A stretch of 59,695 nt of DNA. Origin: Candidatus Altarchaeum sp. (GTDB taxonomy: Archaea; Altiarchaeota; Altiarchaeia; Altiarchaeales; Altiarchaeaceae). A model generated the notes under the pieces. It had not been told where the DNA came from, searched no databases, and saw only the letters and a list, made by a program, of their open reading frames with translations. The translations under genes were made by a program, and so were the position numbers. Below, piece after piece: positions 1 through 8,136 of this stretch; within the stretch, counting starts at the first letter, position 1; each line of letters begins with the position of its first letter. Where the stretch lies: positions 1-59,695 of the forward strand of contig JAGWDQ010000070.1 in the NCBI GenBank assembly GCA_018260615.1, in the 5' to 3' direction.

Positions 1-300
1 ACTTCCGGTTTTAAATTTCCAGAGCAGTTCCCCTGTGTTTTTATTCAGACAATAAACATAACTATCCGTAGAACCAACATAAACAAAATTTCCTGAAATT
101 GCAGGTGATGAACCCACATCACTTCCGGTTTTAAATTTCCAGAGCAGTTCCCATGTGTTTTTATTCAGACAATAAACATAATTATCCCAAGAACCAACAT
201 AAACAAAATTTCCTGAAATTGCGGGTGATGAAGACACAGCACTTCCGGTTTCAAATTTCCATTTCAATTCCAGATCTTCCGGATTTTCAATTACATCTGA
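1..300. repeat. ~120-bp tandem repeat (about 2.5 units) encoding the propeller blades
   Basis: 1-120 and 121-240 are near identical; 241-300 is a diverged partial unit. Confidence 0.85.
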
Positions 301-438
301 TGTTTCTCCTGTATGTTCCAAATCATGCCCTTGCATTTCCCAGTCCTCTGCCGATGATATTCCAATAAGACAAATACATATTGCAATAATAATCAATACA
401 TTTCCTGAATTTAGTTTGAATTTATTTTTTGTGTTCAT
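1..438 (-). CDS. Secreted PQQ-like beta-propeller repeat protein, N-terminal part (gene runs off the window start)
   Basis: Minus-strand ATG at 436-438 gives MNTKNKFKLNSGNVLIIIAICICLIGISSAEDW, a signal/anchor. It is followed by ~40-aa units of the form SSPAISGNFVYVGS.D.YVYCLNKNTGELLWKFKTGS. The frame stays open to position 1. It is absent from the ORF track because no stop lies in the window. Confidence 0.7.
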   Translation of the reverse strand, partial: MNTKNKFKLNSGNVLIIIAICICLIGISSAEDWEMQGHDLEHTGETSDVIENPEDLELKWKFETGSAVSSSPAISGNFVYVGSWDNYVYCLNKNTWELLWKFKTGSDVGSSPAISGNFVYVGSTDSYVYCLNKNTGELLWKFKTGS

Positions 439-483
439 TGTATCTTTGGTTTTTCTTTATTATTAAGAGGAGTTCATATTTTT

Positions 484-1064
484 TCATTTTTCATCCGTTT
501 TATTCCAGTATTTCCCGATTTTTTCTTTAATGCTTAACAATTCATCATATACATCCTGTTTTTTCGCATTTTCTTCAATATACTTTTCATTTAATTTTCC
601 CGCCTGCCTCACATAAATTCCAATTGCGTCTTTTATGTCCTGTTCTCTCGCGAATATAAGTTTGTTTATAATCGTATCTTCCGGGGATGCAACATACATC
701 TTTATTCCCTGAAAATTAATTTCTCTTTTGTTTGCAATTGTTCTTTTATCCATCTCGCCATATACTCCCTTTATATCTATCCGGAACATTGTCTTTTTGT
801 GTTCTATAGTGCAATAAGAATGTTCTTTAAATGCATCAATCATATCAGATATGTCTGCAAAAAATCCGTTCCCGCTAAAAAATTAACCGGCTTTTCTATC
901 TCCGAAAAATTATCTGCATTTATCTGCATTACAACATCCAAATCCATTGTTGTACGGGGATTTCCATAAAATATTACTGCGAAGCCCCCGACAATTACAT
1001 AATCAGTGTTGTTGTCGTCAAAGTTTTTACAGACCAGTCCCGGTATTTCTCCAACCCCCTGCAT
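484..1064 (-). pseudogene. Nucleotidyltransferase (DUF2204/DUF6036-like), split into two ORFs by a homopolymer frameshift
   Basis: ORFs 840..1064 (VIVGGFAVIFYGNPRTTMDLDVV, NTase motif) and 484..843 (VASPEDTIINKL) together are collinear with the intact 178-aa paralog at 4781..5317. One extra A in either A6 run (859-864 or 877-882) fuses the two frames. Confidence 0.55.
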
Positions 1065-1073
1065 CTTATTTTT

Positions 1074-1271
1074 TTAACTGCTTTCTGCCGGTTTATTTAC
1101 TTTCAGGACAAAATTTATTAAGTCAATTCCCTGTTCAAACGTTTCCACACCGGAAAATTTTCCGGCTCGTATCGCATCTTTAATCAGGCCCCTTTCAGAT
1201 ATTTCCTTAATTTCCCGCCGTAATTTTTGTAAATTCTGAGATGTCATTTTTTTAAATTTAATATCTTTCAT
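1074..1271 (-). CDS. Small hypothetical protein upstream of the NTase (possible partner/antitoxin)
   Basis: 65-aa ORF, 14-nt overlap with the upstream ORF, lies directly upstream of the NTase on the same strand. Confidence 0.35.
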   Translation of the reverse strand: MKDIKFKKMTSQNLQKLRREIKEISERGLIKDAIRAGKFSGVETFEQGIDLINFVLKVNKPAESS

Positions 1272-1716
1272 CCACCATAGACAATATGTTTTTCAGCATC
1301 TCTTTTCTTTCATCATCTTTTATTTCTCTCTTCACTATGGTCTCTTCAAGTTCCCTCATGGACATCTTTGATATGACTTGCCACAAACCTTTTTCTTTGA
1401 GTTTTTTCTCTTCTTTTTTGATTCTTATGAATCCATCAACTACAAGTATCTTTTGGGATATTTCTTCAAGTTTTATCTTCCTATCCCTCATTTCATTATC
1501 TTTCTCCTTCAGTTTCCTTTTAATTACGCCTTTCTCCATTTCTGATATCGCCTTTGCATCTTCCTGAAGCAATTTTTCCACTACCTCTATAATTTTATCT
1601 TTTTTGGACAAGAGGTTTTTTTCTTCCACACTGAGACGGATTTTTTCATTTTCAAGTTCGTCCATTGATATATTATCTATACTCTTTCTCCCCAAAAGCA
1701 CATTCAGTATATTCAT
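1258..1716 (-). CDS. Coiled-coil protein, function unknown (weak resemblance to a short ESCRT-III/Snf7-like helical hairpin)
   Basis: 152 aa, highly charged K/E heptad-like sequence, N-terminus MNILNVLLGRKS. It shares the same 54-nt upstream element as the ESCRT-III-like gene. Confidence 0.4.
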   Translation of the reverse strand: MNILNVLLGRKSIDNISMDELENEKIRLSVEEKNLLSKKDKIIEVVEKLLQEDAKAISEMEKGVIKRKLKEKDNEMRDRKIKLEEISQKILVVDGFIRIKKEEKKLKEKGLWQVISKMSMRELEETIVKREIKDDERKEMLKNILSMVDERY

Positions 1717-1743
1717 TTTTATTTGTTTGATTTTTATTAATTA

Positions 1744-1797
1744 TTATAAATTAGATTTAAAGTATAAAAATTAAAATATCCTTTTTGGACAAAATAT
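1744..1797 (-). promoter_or_regulatory. 54-nt A/T-rich upstream element, copy 1 (TATA-like)
   Basis: TTATAAATTAGATT(T)AAAGTATAAA(A/T)ATTAAAATATCCTTTTTGGACAAAAT occurs three times (1744-1797, 4360-4413, 4432-4483). Each copy is upstream of a minus-strand gene start. Confidence 0.45.
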
Positions 1798-1825
1798 TCA
1801 TTTTGAACTGGTCACCAAAAACTTA

Positions 1826-1898
1826 GCCACATAAAATTTCAGCACTATCAGTTTTAACCCTCTCCTTAATCTTTGTTTTATCCGGACAAATAAACAGG
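1826..1898 (-). repeat. Degenerate relic copy of the kae1 3' end
   Basis: Aligns with 7046-7115, the true kae1 C-terminal codons plus stop. Translation is decayed: IKQRLRRGLKLIVLKFYV versus KVKQRFRTDKVEILWD. Confidence 0.6.
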
Positions 1899-2012
1899 AT
1901 TGTCATGAGAACAATACAAATAAAATTTCCCGAAATTGCAGGTTATAAATCCGTACAAAATCCTGTTTCAAATCTGCATTTCAATTTCAGTTTTCGGGAT
2001 TTTAGTTACTTT
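1899..2012 (-). pseudogene. Degenerate relic of an internal part of the PQQ-repeat gene
   Basis: Aligns with 181-296. The translation retains ..KCRFETGF....PAISGNFI.. and contains stop codons. Confidence 0.6.
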
Positions 2013-2025
2013 AAATCTTATCAGT

Positions 2026-3489
2026 TTATACGTTTGACCATTCTTCTTTGAGTTTCAAAAATCTTTCAATTTCTTCTTTACCTATACTTGGCTTTCTCTT
2101 TGCAATTGAATCTTCAAAATGTTTCATTGTAATTGGGACCCCTTCCTTTTTATTTTTTTCAATTGCTTCTCTTACTGCCTTATTTTTAACATCAGTACAA
2201 ATTTGGGATAACTCTCTTCCACTGCACAAGTCCGTTTTTCCTGCCAGCTCATCTAAACTGATATTGGCTGCCGGAACACCTTTCAGGTTTATTTCAAATA
2301 TTTTTTTCCTGCACTCGGAATCAGGCAGGGGAATATAAATCCTTAAAGGAAATCTTTGAAGCAGCGCTTCATCAAGATCTTCGGGTCTGTTTGTTGCGGC
2401 CAAAACTAAAATGCCTTCGTTTTTCATTGTCCCCCACCCGTCTAACTGAGTTAAGAGAATATTTAAGACCCCCCTCGCCCATGATTCATCGGCTTCTCCT
2501 CTTGCCCTTGCAAGTGCGTCAATTTCATCAAAAAGAATAATTGCCGGCTTATGTTCCCTTGCATTTTCAAATACATTTGCAATGTTTTTTTCTGCTTCAC
2601 CAACATACTTGGCCTTTATGTCATCAATGTTAACCGTAATAAATGAAGCATCTATTTCGCTTGCGGCAGCTTTTGAAAGTAATGTTTTCCCGCAACCGGG
2701 AGGGCCAAACAAAAGTATCCCCATCCATGGTTTAAGTTTGTATCTCTCAAGCAATTCTTTGTGTTTAATCGGCATTTCAATCGCAAATTTTAATTCTTTT
2801 TTGACTTCTTCCAAACCGGCAATATCACTCCATTTTACATCCGGTTTCTCTGTTATAGGCCCTTTTGGCGGAGTTTCGGGAGCATCTTCATTCCTGCCTC
2901 CCCCTTCAATAACAGGTGATTTTGGCGGTTTTACCGCCGGAGCGATTATTGCCATACAACCCCTTATAAATCCGTCTATTATAAATGAGTAATTCATATC
3001 AGCTTTTTCCGATTTTTCCTTTGCTTTTGTAAGAATATCCAATGCTTTCATTGCCGCATCTTTTGCGTCAGCGTGTCTTCCTTCGGAATATGCCCTTTTT
3101 GCCATCTCATACATTTCTCCGCCCCTTCTGCCCAGGTTCTTATAGTCCAAATTTGAAGTATCTTCGGTCATTTTATTCATTTTGTTATGAATTTTATTTT
3201 TAAATTCTTCTTTCATTAAATTACATCTGTGTTTTATATCTTTCAGATTTTTGTAAAGAATTTCCTCGCCGATAAATTTAAATTCAGCACCTTTAAATTT
3301 TTCTAATTCTTTAATTGCTTCTTTAAGATATTCTGTTTCACATTCTGTTTCCGCAAGCTCATCCACAATATCCTCTAAATTTTCTTTGTATTTAAGTTTA
3401 AGCGGAATCTCCTGTTCCTTACTTGTTTTTTTTATTTCTGCGGATTTTAATGCATCCCTGTGTTTTTTTATTTCTGATTCTATATCCAT
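2026..3489 (-). CDS. Vps4/CdvC-like (meiotic-clade) AAA+ ATPase with a helical N-terminal region
   Basis: Walker A is GPPGCGKT and Walker B is ILFDEIDAL. The stretch ATNRPEDLDEALLQRFPLRIYIPLPD is typical of Vps4/katanin/spastin. The N-terminal 200 aa is helical and includes an MIT-like segment, EMYEMAKRAYSEGRHADAKDAAMKALDILTKAKE. Confidence 0.75.
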   Translation of the reverse strand: MDIESEIKKHRDALKSAEIKKTSKEQEIPLKLKYKENLEDIVDELAETECETEYLKEAIKELEKFKGAEFKFIGEEILYKNLKDIKHRCNLMKEEFKNKIHNKMNKMTEDTSNLDYKNLGRRGGEMYEMAKRAYSEGRHADAKDAAMKALDILTKAKEKSEKADMNYSFIIDGFIRGCMAIIAPAVKPPKSPVIEGGGRNEDAPETPPKGPITEKPDVKWSDIAGLEEVKKELKFAIEMPIKHKELLERYKLKPWMGILLFGPPGCGKTLLSKAAASEIDASFITVNIDDIKAKYVGEAEKNIANVFENAREHKPAIILFDEIDALARARGEADESWARGVLNILLTQLDGWGTMKNEGILVLAATNRPEDLDEALLQRFPLRIYIPLPDSECRKKIFEINLKGVPAANISLDELAGKTDLCSGRELSQICTDVKNKAVREAIEKNKKEGVPITMKHFEDSIAKRKPSIGKEEIERFLKLKEEWSNV

Positions 3490-3663
3490 TTCTGTGAGAA
3501 ATAACTATGCTCCTTATTTTTGAATCAGTAATAACAACAAAATTTTATAAAGAAAAAATGAAAAAAAAATTATTTTACTCTACAAAGTTTGTGTTTGTAC
3601 CACCTTCTGCTCCCAAACAAAACATTAAATTTATATTCTCTTTTATTTATCACACTTAAAAAA

Positions 3664-4257
3664 TTATTTTGCAAAACTTGTCTCTCTTACCTTTTTAATG
3701 ACTTCTTCCTCCGGCAGTGCGACCATATCCATGAAATTAAGGGTGGTTTCTTTGTCCAGTTCTATTCCGGATTTGGCTGTTGTACTGAATATGTCTTCCA
3801 TAAGTCCCTGCGTTTGTCTTGTTTGCTCATCAAGTTTGTCTTTTGTATTTTCAACACCATTTAATGTGTTGTCTATCTTCTTTTCGGATAATTCCGGAAC
3901 TTCTATTTTCCCCAGTTCCTTATTCATCACTCCAAACTCTTTTATAACAGCGAGGGTGGCAATTTTATTTTCAATATCTATCTTAGCCTGAACAATATTA
4001 TTTTTAAGTGCTGTGTAATTATTTTTTTGCCATTGCCGCGCATTATAATTCGCTGCAAGACCCTGAATCAGCGCAGGATCATTTACTTTTTTGGCTTCCT
4101 TAACTATATCTATCATTTCATTTCCAACTTTTGATATTGCTCTGTCTATTGTCCTTTCCCTGATTTTCATCTCATCCCTCTGTTTCATAAGCTTGTCCTC
4201 ACTTGTTTTTCCCGCAACAACCTCCGCAAACCTTTTAAAAATATTCGGCAGACCCAT
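3664..4257 (-). CDS. ESCRT-III / PspA-superfamily protein (Snf7/CdvB-like)
   Basis: 197 aa, all-helical. N-terminus is MGLPNIFKRFAEVV. The core IVKEAKKVNDPALIQGLAANYNARQWQKNNY follows the Snf7/Vps2 pattern (kkgn...A...a...). The C-terminal tail is acidic. It lies next to the Vps4-like ATPase on the same strand. Confidence 0.55.
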   Translation of the reverse strand: MGLPNIFKRFAEVVAGKTSEDKLMKQRDEMKIRERTIDRAISKVGNEMIDIVKEAKKVNDPALIQGLAANYNARQWQKNNYTALKNNIVQAKIDIENKIATLAVIKEFGVMNKELGKIEVPELSEKKIDNTLNGVENTKDKLDEQTRQTQGLMEDIFSTTAKSGIELDKETTLNFMDMVALPEEEVIKKVRETSFAK

Positions 4258-4359
4258 TTTAAATTTTTTAATTATTTATTTTTTAATTATTTGTATATTA
4301 TTCTACTTTTTAATAATTTATATTTATATTAATAATTACGATTTAATAAATTTAATAAT

Positions 4360-4483
4360 TTATAAATTAGATTAAAAGTATAAATATTAAAATATCCTTT
4401 TTGGACAAAATATCCATTTTCTATTTAATTATTATAAATTAGATTAAAAGTATAAATATTAAAATATCCTTTTTGGACAAAAT
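4360..4483 (-). promoter_or_regulatory. Two further copies of the 54-nt upstream element
   Basis: 4360-4413 and 4432-4483 are near identical to 1744-1797 and lie upstream of the ESCRT-III-like gene start at 4257. Confidence 0.45.
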
Positions 4484-4588
4484 TTAACCCCATAAAATTT
4501 CAAATTTGCCGGTTCTAAACCTTTGTTTTACTTTTGTTTCTTCAAAATTTGACAGGAACAAAAAATTTTACTTTAATAATAATTTAAT
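4484..4588 (-). repeat. Relic copy of the kae1 3' end plus the last ~20 nt of abiEii
   Basis: Near identical to 5362-5465. It translates to ..FEETKVKQRFRTGKFEILWG, compared with FEETKVKQRFRTDKVEILWD in the true kae1. Confidence 0.75.
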
Positions 4589-4677
4589 GGACAACATGTC
4601 TGTTATTTTTAACAAAGATTGTAATTTATAATGAATCAGAAAATTAAATGAATTTAAATAAAATAACAATTAACAAA

Positions 4678-4824
4678 ATGAAATACAATATTGAAAAAAT
4701 TGATAAAAAAATTGAAGAAAGGAAAAGAATTCCCCTGAATAATTTTATAGATATTGTAGAAGAGATGATCAGATTCAAAAATGAAGTTAAGAAAACTAAT
4801 AGCGGACACATGCAGAGTGTTTGA
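4678..4824 (+). CDS. Small ORF (48 aa) overlapping the start of the NTase gene; possible partner protein
   Basis: ATG at 4678 gives MKYNIEKIDKKIEERKRIPLNNFIDIVEEMIRFKNEVKKTNSGHMQSV. It is below the ORF-track size cutoff, and the arrangement mirrors 1074..1271 plus its NTase. Confidence 0.25.
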   Translation: MKYNIEKIDKKIEERKRIPLNNFIDIVEEMIRFKNEVKKTNSGHMQSV

Positions 4825-5317
4825 TGAATTGAAGATAAGATACGCCCTTATCGGAGGATATGCAGCAATCGTTTATGATTCCCCTTATAGTACTCATGAT
4901 ATTGATTTTACTATAATGGCCGATAATGTTACTCTGGATTTACTTGAACACCTGAAAAATAGCGGATGGAACCCTACGGAAGAGTATAATGAAGTAAGGG
5001 AATTATTGGCATTTGGGCAGTTTATACACAAAGAAACTGGCGTTGTACTCCATATCTTTGGCGAAGTATCAGGATTTAAAATTAGGGAAGGGATTAAAAT
5101 AAATAAGTCCGAAATTGACGGTTATCCTGTGAATGTCTGTTCCCCGGAAGATTACCTGATAATGAGGGCATCCGTATGGTATGAAGAGGATAAACAAAAA
5201 GCAATAGTTGTTATAAGGGCGCAGGGAAAGAATCTTAATCCGGACTACCTGATGAAAAGAGCAGATGAAGAAAAAGTAACAGAAAGGATAAAATGGCTGT
5301 TGAAATTTAAAAAGTGA
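4781..5317 (+). CDS. Nucleotidyltransferase (DUF2204/DUF6036-like), intact paralog of 484..1064
   Basis: Contains YALIGGYAAIVYDSPYSTHDIDFTI (GG...D.D NTase motif) and VCSPEDYLIMR. Confidence 0.6.
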   Translation: MKLRKLIADTCRVFDELKIRYALIGGYAAIVYDSPYSTHDIDFTIMADNVTLDLLEHLKNSGWNPTEEYNEVRELLAFGQFIHKETGVVLHIFGEVSGFKIREGIKINKSEIDGYPVNVCSPEDYLIMRASVWYEEDKQKAIVVIRAQGKNLNPDYLMKRADEEKVTERIKWLLKFKK

Positions 5318-5361
5318 AATTGTTTTATTTTTAAAATTTAATAAATTTTGCTCCTAAAAAT

Positions 5362-5428
5362 TTAATCCCATAAAATTTCAGCTCTGTCGGTTCTAAACCT
5401 TTGTTTTACTTTTGTTTCTTCAAAATTT
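5362..5428 (-). repeat. Relic copy of the kae1 3' end
   Basis: TTAATCCCATAAAATTTCA... aligns with 7046-7110 at roughly 80 percent identity. Confidence 0.75.
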
Positions 5429-5444
5429 GACAGGAACAAAAATT

Positions 5445-6389
5445 TTACTTTAATAATGATTTAATTTTTTCTATGCTTTTATCACAAAAATTAAGCCACG
5501 AGTCCTCATTAAATCTTACATTTCTGCACAATAAAGCATTGAATCCTGCTAACGATAAGACCAACTTGTTTTTCATTTTCTTTTGATTATTTATTGATGC
5601 TTCAATCAGTCGCTCAACCTGTATATTTGATTTGTCTGAGATATATTCTAATTTTCTATAAACCATGTTAAAATCAACATCATGGTATTTTAGTAACATT
5701 CCAATATCAAATACGTCCTTGAACCGCTCTCTTCCAAATCCGATTTCTTCATACTTTGCTGTTGCGAGAATCTTGTCTGCAATCAAATCCTCTGGCGAGA
5801 GATGTGTAAATTTTACTTTTTCTTTTAAATCCGGACTTAAATAAATAAAAGAACAATATTCCTTTTCAATTGATTTAAATGCAGGAATTTCGTGCTTAAA
5901 ATTTATCTGCACTTTAATGGTCTCGCCCGGAATTATTTCCCGCATTTCTTTTAAGTGTAATTTCAATCCGAGTTTCGTCGGAACAATTCTGTAAAAGGTG
6001 GTGTAACCAATTTTTGTATCTGTTGACCTGAAAATAAATTTCCCGTAGATATCATCTGCCTTTTTGAACTCTTTTAATTTAGTGTTTATATCTCCAATCA
6101 TGTTTTTAAGCAGCTCCGGATCGTGAATACCTATATTAAAATCAAGATCGTCCGAAAATCTCTGCATATTTAATGGCAAATATGACTGAACGCATGTGCC
6201 TCCTTTCAAAAACAGTTTTGCACTAAAAAATTTATTCAATGCATTTAAAGTATCAATTAGCCACAGATTCTTTTCTATGTGTCTTAAAGATAAGCCAATC
6301 TGCTCCCTTATTGGCTGATAAACGCTTACTGGATTGAAAGTGGATTCTTCCCACAATAAACTTTTATATTTATGCGGCATTTTCAACAA
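5445..6389 (-). CDS. AbiEii/AbiGii-family nucleotidyltransferase toxin (DUF1814-like)
   Basis: Contains FLKGGTCVQSYLPLNMQRFSDDLDFNI (GG...S.D.D NTase motif). Length is 314 aa. It overlaps the upstream AbiEi-like gene by 20 nt. Confidence 0.65.
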   Translation of the reverse strand: MLKMPHKYKSLLWEESTFNPVSVYQPIREQIGLSLRHIEKNLWLIDTLNALNKFFSAKLFLKGGTCVQSYLPLNMQRFSDDLDFNIGIHDPELLKNMIGDINTKLKEFKKADDIYGKFIFRSTDTKIGYTTFYRIVPTKLGLKLHLKEMREIIPGETIKVQINFKHEIPAFKSIEKEYCSFIYLSPDLKEKVKFTHLSPEDLIADKILATAKYEEIGFGRERFKDVFDIGMLLKYHDVDFNMVYRKLEYISDKSNIQVERLIEASINNQKKMKNKLVLSLAGFNALLCRNVRFNEDSWLNFCDKSIEKIKSLLK

Positions 6390-6957
6390 ATTTGCCTTGT
6401 TTTATATCTTTTATGAGTTGTCTGACATAAGTATATATTCTTTCTGACCGTGCAATCTTTAACAATTCATCCTGATTAATATTTCCAAACTCAAGACCTT
6501 CTATTAGTGAGGGAATTCCGACTTCATTCCTGTAAAAATCATCTCTTGCCAGACAGTCAATCAGGCATTTTTCGGGCTTTGCAAGATTTAATTTTAAATT
6601 ATCATAAGTAACACGGACATAGTCATCATCTCTGAATTTTCTTTTATGTATAACAACCACAGTTCCGCAAATTAAGCCGTCGTTTATTTTCTTTGATTCA
6701 CCGGACAAAGCAACTGTAAAGCCCGCATGTCTTTTTAAGCCCTTTTTTAATTTAATCATTATTTTATCTATTTTATGTTGTTCTGTTTCTACAGGAATCA
6801 CAACATCCACAAGATCACCGTAAGCCATTGGCAAAAGTCCGTAAATGTCTAACGCCATACCGTAATCAATGAAATAGTTCCCTTTGCCGAGTATTTTATC
6901 TATTTTATAAAGCAACTCGTCCGATGATTTGACATTCGTGGTTTGTTTTTCACCCAT
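6370..6957 (-). CDS. AbiEi-like antitoxin/transcription regulator
   Basis: Called from its position upstream of and overlapping abiEii, its 195-aa size, and the ..KPEKCLIDCLAR.. pattern. Confidence 0.45.
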   Translation of the reverse strand: MGEKQTTNVKSSDELLYKIDKILGKGNYFIDYGMALDIYGLLPMAYGDLVDVVIPVETEQHKIDKIMIKLKKGLKRHAGFTVALSGESKKINDGLICGTVVVIHKRKFRDDDYVRVTYDNLKLNLAKPEKCLIDCLARDDFYRNEVGIPSLIEGLEFGNINQDELLKIARSERIYTYVRQLIKDIKQGKFVENAA

Positions 6958-7045
6958 TTTTGGTGTTATTTGAGATTTTTTGGTGTTATTTGAAATTAAA
7001 CAATTACTATTATCAACAAAATTCAGTCATGAAAAATTTAATCAT

Positions 7046-8044
7046 TTAATCCCATAAAATTTCAACCTTATCAGTCCTGAACCTCTGCTTAACCTTTGTT
7101 TCTTCAAACTTCTGTCTTATTCCCGCCTTAAACATCTTCAGTCCTGTCAAAGCAATCATAATCCCGTTATCCGAGCAATAATTCTCCGGAACAAAAAATT
7201 TCACATTATGCTCTTTTGCCATCAGCATCAGCATTTCCTGCAATCGCTTATTATTCCCGACACCTCCAGTAAGCAATACTTGTTCTGCGTTCAAATGTGC
7301 TAATGCCCTCTCACTAACCTCAACAAGCATAGAAAAAGCGGTCTCCTGCAAAGAGTAACATAAATCGCATAAATTTTTGTATGTAAAATTTTCATCGCTT
7401 TTCTTTCTTATTGCACTTGTCAATAATCCGGAAAGACATAAATTTGCTCCTTTAACCGTATATGGCAGGTCAATGAAATTTTTTCCGCTCTTTGCCAGAT
7501 CCTCAACCTTTGGACCCTGTGGATGTTTTAATCCGAACTCCCTCCCGAATTTATCCAGCAAATTTCCTAATCCAATATCCATCGTCTCGCCAAATATCCC
7601 GTAAAAATTTTCCCGCCGGATTAAAATTTGCGTATTGCCTCCGGATACATAAACAATCAACGGATTCTGCAAGTGTCCGAGATGAATTCCGATTTCAATA
7701 TGAGCAACACAGTGATTCACGCCGAGCAATGGAATGCTGTGATAAAGGGAAAGTGTTCGTGCAGATGTTGCAGCCGTTCTTAATGCTGGTCCCAATCCGG
7801 GCCCCTGTGAAAAGGCGAGCAGGTCAATATCCCTGATGTCCAAATCCGAAATTTTTAACGCCTCTTTTATTGCTATGTCGGCATTCCCTGCCATAAATTC
7901 CGCTGCAAAATACGGATTTATACCGCCTTCTGCAGGAGAATAGACCTTTCTGACATCTGCTAAAATTTTGAGCTCACCTCCCGAATCATTAATAATTCCG
8001 ACGCCGAATGTATGTGCTGTTCCTTCAATCCCCAAAACAATCAT
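7046..8044 (-). CDS. kae1: tRNA N6-adenosine threonylcarbamoyltransferase Kae1
   Basis: Contains MIVLGIEGTAHTFGVGII, HCVAHIE and VSGGNTQ. The start is trimmed to the ATG at 8042-8044, because the 56-aa N-terminal extension in the track is low-complexity and overlaps the divergent promoter region. Confidence 0.9.
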   Translation of the reverse strand: MIVLGIEGTAHTFGVGIINDSGGELKILADVRKVYSPAEGGINPYFAAEFMAGNADIAIKEALKISDLDIRDIDLLAFSQGPGLGPALRTAATSARTLSLYHSIPLLGVNHCVAHIEIGIHLGHLQNPLIVYVSGGNTQILIRRENFYGIFGETMDIGLGNLLDKFGREFGLKHPQGPKVEDLAKSGKNFIDLPYTVKGANLCLSGLLTSAIRKKSDENFTYKNLCDLCYSLQETAFSMLVEVSERALAHLNAEQVLLTGGVGNNKRLQEMLMLMAKEHNVKFFVPENYCSDNGIMIALTGLKMFKAGIRQKFEETKVKQRFRTDKVEILWD

Positions 8045-8136
8045 TTTGCAATAAATAAATTTTTCAGAATAACAATTATTAAAGCAAATATAATATAATG
8101 CAGATATAATATAACAAAAAGAATAATATAAGAATA

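Noticed and set aside
2048-2992. Antisense ORFs inside long genes (for example 2048..2338, 2582..2992, 9902..10405, 20717..21175, 52597..53097, 56760..57362 and 58915..59361)
   Set aside because: Each lies wholly within a motif-supported gene on the opposite strand and has Ser/Leu/Phe-rich composition typical of antisense frames in A/T-rich DNA.
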